From Paecilomyces variotii (taxonomy: Eukaryota), in the NCBI GenBank assembly GCA_004022145.1, contig RCNU01000015.1: a DNA stretch of 28,297 nucleotides. One strand, given 5' to 3'. The notes under the pieces were generated by a model. The model did not search any database. It was not told where the DNA came from and was given only the letters and a program-made list of their open reading frames with translations. Made by a program: the position numbers and the translations under genes. Positions 22,801 to 28,297 of this stretch are shown in pieces (positions within the stretch are counted from its first letter, which is position 1; every line of letters begins with the position of its first letter).

Positions 22801-25782
22801 CCTTAATAATATCTTAGTTTATAATATAACTTATTCTAAATATATTTAATATATTTATACTATCTTATAGAAGCTATATAAAATAGGCCTATATATAAAG
22901 ATCTAGAAATATAAGTTTATTATCTCTAAGACTAAGTTTTTAGGTATTATTATTAGCTAAGACTGTATTAAGATAAATCTAGATAAAATAAAAATAATTG
23001 CTAAATAAAAGACCCCGATTTATATAATTAATATATAAGTCTTTATTAAGTTTAGTAACTTTTACTATTAGTTTATTTATAACTTTTCTAAGATAATTAT
23101 ACTATTTATAAGCTTAATTTAGAAGGAAGTTTCTTTTAATTAAATACCTATCTATTAGTTTAGTTTTAAAGCCCTAAAAGAAATATTTATTTAAACCCTA
23201 ATCTTAAAGCTATTTAACTAGACCTATAAGATTATAGTTAAAATTAATTTATTTAATTATATATTAGCTAGAATTATATCTTAATATAATAATAAAAGAA
23301 TCTTATATCTTATTATATTTTTTTTAAAAAAACTCTTTACTATAGAGTATAACTATAAGATTTATAATAAAGAACTACTAGCAATTATTTACTGCTTTAA
23401 AAAATAGCGCCTTAAATTTAAAGATATACTATTACTAATTAAAGTTATTATAGACTATTATAATTTAAAATATTTTATATTAATTAAGCTGCTGAACTAA
23501 TAATAGGCCTATTAATTTAAGTTTTTATCTTAGTTTAACTTCTAAATTATATATTAACCTAAAAAATAAAGAGTAAAGTCTAATATTCTAACTAGAAGGT
23601 TAGAGAATTTTCTTAAAAAAAAGGATAAATAGTTATAGTATTAGAGCTAAATAGTCTTAAAAAAGAGAATCTTAATTTATAGATTTAGAAATCCTTAAAA
23701 TTAAAAGCTATTATTAGAAGTTAAATAGTAAGATATATTTACTTTACCAATTTAATAGCTTAAAAAGCTAGAAATCTTGCTAAATCTATAAGAATACTTA
23801 CTTAACTTATTCTAAGAAATTAATCTATTTAGCCTAGAGAACTTATTTAATCTATTTTACTACCTAACTAGCTTATTAAGATTATTTAATTTATTAAGGA
23901 GATAATTTAGTCTATTAAAGAGATTATTTAGCCTATTAAAAAAATAGCCTAGCCTATTAAATAAAACTAGTTAAATTCCCCTGCTATACCTAATAAATTA
24001 AAATATCTGCTTAGTATTAAAGACCTATTAAATATAGCTTATTTATTTAATAATTTAATATAGTCTATTTTATAAGCTTTAGATTATAAAACTAACTGCT
24101 ATTTTAAGATTATATTAGTTAATTACTAATAAAGAAAAAGATATTTATATTATAAAAACTATTTATATATTTCTAATTATAATAAGCTAAGAGCTTATTT
24201 ATTATAAGAATACTATAATAAATATATATCTAGATACTCTAAAAAATATAAGCTTTATAACTTAATCTTATAGAAGTACTATTAGCTAAATATATACTAA
24301 TATATAGATTATTAGACCTAGAATTACTATACTTACTATTATATTATACTCTTAAATAAAGGCTATTAAAAAGTTTTATACTAGCTCTTTATCTCTAAAT
24401 ACTCTTAGTAAAATATTTTAATAGATTTTATTATTAGACTTATACTTTACTAAAGTTATAATATTATATTAATTATTATAGACTAATTTATAAAGATAAA
24501 ATATTTTATTCCTTATTAGGCTATTTATAATATTAAAGGAGTAATATAATTATATATCTATTATATATAGAAGCTTTATAGGCTATTAAAGACTATAGTA
24601 TTTAACTAAGACTCTTAATTTATTATTACTTTTTAGAAATACCTAATTTAATACCTAGATATTATAAACCTATTATCTATTACCTATTATTCTAAAACTA
24701 ATAATTAAACTAAAAGGATAAATGCTGTCCTAGAATAATATTTATATACTTATATTAGCTATTTATAAGATAATTAGGTTAACTAGCTATTTTTAACTAA
24801 GTTTATATTAAACTCTTATTATTCTAAGACTATTAAAATATTACCTTTTTTTACTAATTATAGGTTCTATTTATATATAGGATTTAAACCTATTTAGCCT
24901 ATAAACTAGCCTGTTATTAAAGATATTAAAGCCTTTATTAAAAAGATATAAGATATTATAAATTATATCTATACTTAAATTTATATTACTTAAGCTTATT
25001 ATAAAAAATAAATTAATTATTACTAAACTCTAGCTTACTACTATTATATAGAATAGTTTATTTAGTTAAATACCTAGAATATTTATATTTAGCGCCTCTA
25101 GAAGAAACTTAATTAGAAAAATCTTAGCCTATTCTATATTACTAAAGTTATTAGCCTATATATTTATTAGCTTAATCTATTTATTTTAATATATATTTAT
25201 CCTATATTTAATATTAGCCTGCTTTACTCTATTACTAAAAATTTTATACTTAAATAAAGATAACCTTTACTACTGCCTATTAAAGTTAATAATCTTAAAG
25301 AATAAGTTATTAAAGATATCTTAGACTTTTAATAAGAATGCTATAAATATAAAGGCTTTTAACTATAGTATATTATTAAATAAATAAATTATAATAATTT
25401 AATTAAAGAGCCTATATATTATCTATAATATATTTAAAAAATTATTACTAACTTCTATTACTATTATCTAAATAAACTAAAGCTAAAGAATAGTCTTAAT
25501 AAAGCTTAACTTTAAGAAGAGAAGTATTATTATAGTGCTAGTATAGGAGATAGAGATTTATTAGCTAATATTTATATAAGATATTATATAATCTTATAAA
25601 GATATCTTTAATATATAGCTTAATTTAAATTTAAGCTTTTTAAGCTATATTTTATTTATTAAGCCTGCCTATAATAGCCTATTTTAGTCTAAATTAGCTA
25701 AATAGAGATTTTATAGTTAGTCCTAGTATTAACTTCCTTATTCTATTTGTTCTAATTTATTTCTTAAGCCTATACCTTAATA
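19828..25782 (+). mobile_element. Full-length RIP-inactivated Ty3/Gypsy chromovirus copy 2 (5955 bp); LTRs 19828-20082 and 25528-25782; TSD ATAGG (19823-27) / ATAGA (25783-87)
   Basis: Two 255-bp direct LTRs, a purine tract aagaagagaag just before the 3' LTR, and a 5-bp TSD differing by one G>A. De-RIP pol motifs occur in RT-RH-IN-chromo order: FVKKP.GG.R.C.DY.ALN..T.KD.YPLP.I (~22460-22570), Y-L-D-D as tac ctt aat aat (22799-22810), ETD.SDY..AG (~23235), MDFI.GL (~24420), IVSDRD.QF (~24595), YHPETDGQTER.NA.LEQYL (~24680-24745), chromodomain-like V.DILD...Y.VKW.GY (~25300-25410). Confidence 0.93.
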
Positions 25783-26432
25783 ATAGAGTAAGAAATATCT
25801 AGATATTAAAAAATAGCTTTAAAATAAAATAAAACTATAGATTCTTACTGTATTATTATAGGAAATATTAAAAATCTCTTTTAAATAGTAGAGTTATACT
25901 TAAAAGTATATTAGATTATCTGAAAATAGTTACTTCTAAAATAATTATAATATAAAGAGAAACCTATCTTTACTAAGGGCTATTTAATAGTATATTTATA
26001 CTTAGTATATACTTAGTATTTATTTAGCATAGATTAAATACTAATAAGGCTAATTTATATTTAGTCTATAATAATATATAGAAAATATTATTAAATAATA
26101 AGAGCTTTTTAATTATAGTATTAATAATATATAGTAAAACTATAGTAATACTATATAGATCTCCTAATAAATATAGAGAAATAATAAGATAAAAGTTTAA
26201 TATGCCTTTAAATATATATTAAATATATCTTTTAAATTAATAGAATTAAAGAGCTATTAATTATTAAATAAATTAATTTTATTTACTATTTAATCCTAAT
26301 AATCCTTATAATATACCTTTAAATAATAATAATAATTAATCTTTTAATAAAGATACTAATTTTAAGGTTATTTTAATATCTTTATTTAAACCTTTTATTA
26401 AATATATACTGGCTAGAAATAAAATATCTATA

Positions 26433-27693
26433 GAGCATATACTAAGCAGAGATTAAAGAAGAGGTTAATCTAGAGATTTTAGTTATTATTAAAGCTAGGT
26501 TTAATCTAGAATTAAGTAGATTAAGCTAAGCTTTAAAGAATTAGATTTAAATTATTATTTTTAACGCAGATTAAATATAGAGTATATATTAAATAAAGAT
26601 TAAGAAAGAGATTAATTTAGAGGTTCTAGTTATTATTAGAGCTAGGTTTAATTTAAGACTAAGCAGACTAAGCTAAGCTCTAAAAAATTAGACTTAGATT
26701 ATTATTCTTAATATAGATTAAGTATAAAATATATATTAAATAGAGATTAAGAAAGAGATTAATTTAAAGGTTTTAATTATTATTAGAGCTAAGTTTAATC
26801 TAAAATTAAATAGATTAAGCTAAGCTCTAAAGAATTAGACTTAGATTATTATTCTTAATATAGATTAAATATAGAGTATATATTAAATAAAGATTAAGAA
26901 AAGGGTTAACTTAAAGGTTTTAATTATTATTAAAGCTAGATTTAATCTAAGACTAAATAAACTAAGCTAAGCTTTAAAGAATTAAACTTAGATTATTATT
27001 TTTAATATAGATTAAGTATAGAGTATATACTAAATAGAAATTAAGAAAGAGGTTAATTTAAAGATTTTAGTTATTATTAAAGCTAGATTTAATTTAAGAC
27101 TAAGTAGATTAAGTAAATTAAGCTAAGCTCTAAAGAATTAGACTTAGATTATTATTCTTAATATAGATTAAGTATAGAGTATATATTAAATAGAGATTAA
27201 GAAAGGGGTTAATTTAGAGATTTTAGTTATTATTAGAGCTAAGTTTAATCTAAGACTAAGTAAATTAAGCTAAGCTCTAAAAAATTAGACTTAGATTATT
27301 ATTCTTAATATAGATTAAATATAAAATATATACTAAATAGAGATTAAAGAAGAGGTTAATTTAAAGATTCTAATTATTATTAAAGTTAAGTTTAATCTAA
27401 GATTAAATAGACTAAGCTAAGCTCTAAAAAATTAGACTTAGATTATTATTCTTAATATAGATTAAGTATAGAGTATATATTAAATAGAGATTAAGGAAGA
27501 GATTAACTTAAAGATTCTAGTTATTATTAGAGCTAGGTTTAATCTAAAATTAAATAAACTAAGCTAAGCTCTAAAGAATTAAACTCAGATTATATTTTTT
27601 AATGCAGATTAAGTAAAGAGTATATATTAAATAGAGGTTAAGAAAGAGGTAGATTTAGAGGTTCTAGTTATATTTAAGGCTAGATTTAATTTA
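26433..27693 (+). repeat. Tandem array of 147-bp units (8 full plus ~half; the unit starting at 27021 is 156 bp owing to a 9-bp duplication)
   Basis: The landmark gattaagaaag/gattaaagaag recurs at 26451, 26598, 26745, 26892, 27039, 27195, 27342, 27489 and 27636. Confidence 0.95.
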
Positions 27694-28101
27694 ATACTAT
27701 CTTAATATTTAAAAGGGTTTAAACTTCTTTATTAGATTTAAATAGCTTTACTAGTTTTAATCTAGAGTATATATTAATTTTATATTTAATATATATTATC
27801 TAGAAGTTAAGTATAGATTTTAAATAAAATAGAGCTTATATATATTATAATAAAGGATTCTTATTAGAAGAAATAGCAGAGATTAATTTTATTATTTAAT
27901 TAAGAGAAATAATAGAATAAAAGCAATAAGAATTTAAGTAAGAAAGAGAAAGATTATTATAGCAGTTTATATAATAAATATATATATCTATATAGCTATA
28001 GTTATATAGTAAATATATATATATATTTTCTTTTCCTCTATAATAAGAATAAATAAAAAAATAAAGAATATTATATTATAATTATTTAAAGATATAGAAA
28101 A

Positions 28102-28197
28102 ATAATCTTTAAGTATAAGAACTTAGCATTAAACTAAAATTTAGCATTAATAATCTTTAAGTATAAAAGCTTAGTATTAAACTAAAGTTTAATATTA
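28102..28197 (+). repeat. Two 48-bp subterminal direct repeats at the right end of the MULE-like element
   Basis: ataatctttaagtataagaacttagcattaaactaaaatttagcatta (28102-28149) versus ataatctttaagtataaaagcttagtattaaactaaagtttaatatta (28150-28197). Confidence 0.85.
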
Positions 28198-28297
28198 AGT
28201 ATATGCTCGGGGGAGAGCTGGGCTTAAATATCTATATATTTAAGGCTTTTAAAACTTATCCTTAAAAGAAGAGATTATAACTTATAGATATAAACTT

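Larger units (their letters stand above)
17237..27977 (+). pseudogene. Intron-rich MULE-type DDE transposase pseudogene (split by Gypsy 19828-25782) with a repetitive C-terminal tail
   Basis: Manual de-RIP translation of exons gives FIGC, C..(R)H..C..DH, ICRGDHTHFPPPPTK (~18740-18783), SLN..DKI..LI.K.K...YPFG, EMDLAYK (D1 ~19271), I.TITVDMCKKQAPGFG (D2 ~19555) and IFCQVH..RN (CxxH ~19701). After the Gypsy it continues W..NK.KPWIL..L..E.SKIP..WW....KHTGLSESSH..DN...GRNLSLL.AI (E ~25922). Relict introns include 17409-17458, 17615-17665, 18332-18381, 18584-18632 and 19580-19626. Start and stop positions are approximate. Confidence 0.75.
17010..28208 (+). mobile_element. RIP-inactivated Mutator(MULE)-like DNA transposon, ~5.2 kb after removing the nested Gypsy; short imperfect TIRs GGGCATATACCT (17010-) / AAGTATATGCTC (-28208)
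   Basis: Left end coincides with the breakpoint in Gypsy copy 1. The two ends are reverse complements apart from transitions. The interior holds a DDE transposase relic, and both ends have subterminal repeats. No TSD found on the right side. Confidence 0.72.
15700..28297. other. AT-rich RIP-mutated repeat block (probably heterochromatic)
   Basis: Abrupt drop in GC, strong TpA excess with CpA/TpG depletion, and no ORF of 60 aa or more in the track. Homologous copies (three LTRs, two gag starts, tandem units) differ almost only by C/T and G/A transitions. Confidence 0.93.

Noticed and set aside
26433-27693. CRISPR array
   Set aside because: Units are homologous over their whole 147 bp with no unique spacers, there are no cas genes, and the context is eukaryotic.
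15700-28297. Mitochondrial insertion, AT-rich contaminant or alternative genetic code
   Set aside because: LTRs, TSD, retroelement motifs and transition-only differences between copies are fully explained by RIP on nuclear transposons.

Overview
Eukaryotic, intron-containing fungal DNA, most likely a filamentous ascomycete of the Eurotiales type (inferred from gene style and RIP). The window has two compartments. (1) 1-~15,690 is a GC-balanced gene region with five recognisable genes: NOP10 (+, 4 exons), NOB1 (-, 2 exons), a PTH11-like CFEM-less fungal GPCR/'rhodopsin-family' membrane protein (+, 5 exons), an M18 aspartyl/vacuolar aminopeptidase (-, intronless) and a secreted GH71 alpha-1,3-glucanase (-, 3 exons). 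(2) ~15,700-28,297 is an extremely AT/TpA-rich, ORF-free block with the signature of repeat-induced point mutation (RIP). Reversing C>T/G>A changes by eye resolves it into a nested stack. An unidentified terminal segment is followed by Ty3/Gypsy copy 1 (5' LTR plus part of gag). That copy is interrupted by a ~5.2 kb DNA transposon with a Mutator (MULE)-type DDE transposase gene. The gene has about ten introns and a C-terminal tail of ~8.5 in-frame 147-bp (49-codon) tandem repeats. It is itself split by a full-length chromodomain Gypsy copy 2 of the same family (255-bp LTRs, TSD ATAGG/ATAGA). All protein reconstructions in the AT-rich block are manual de-RIP inferences and need computational confirmation.
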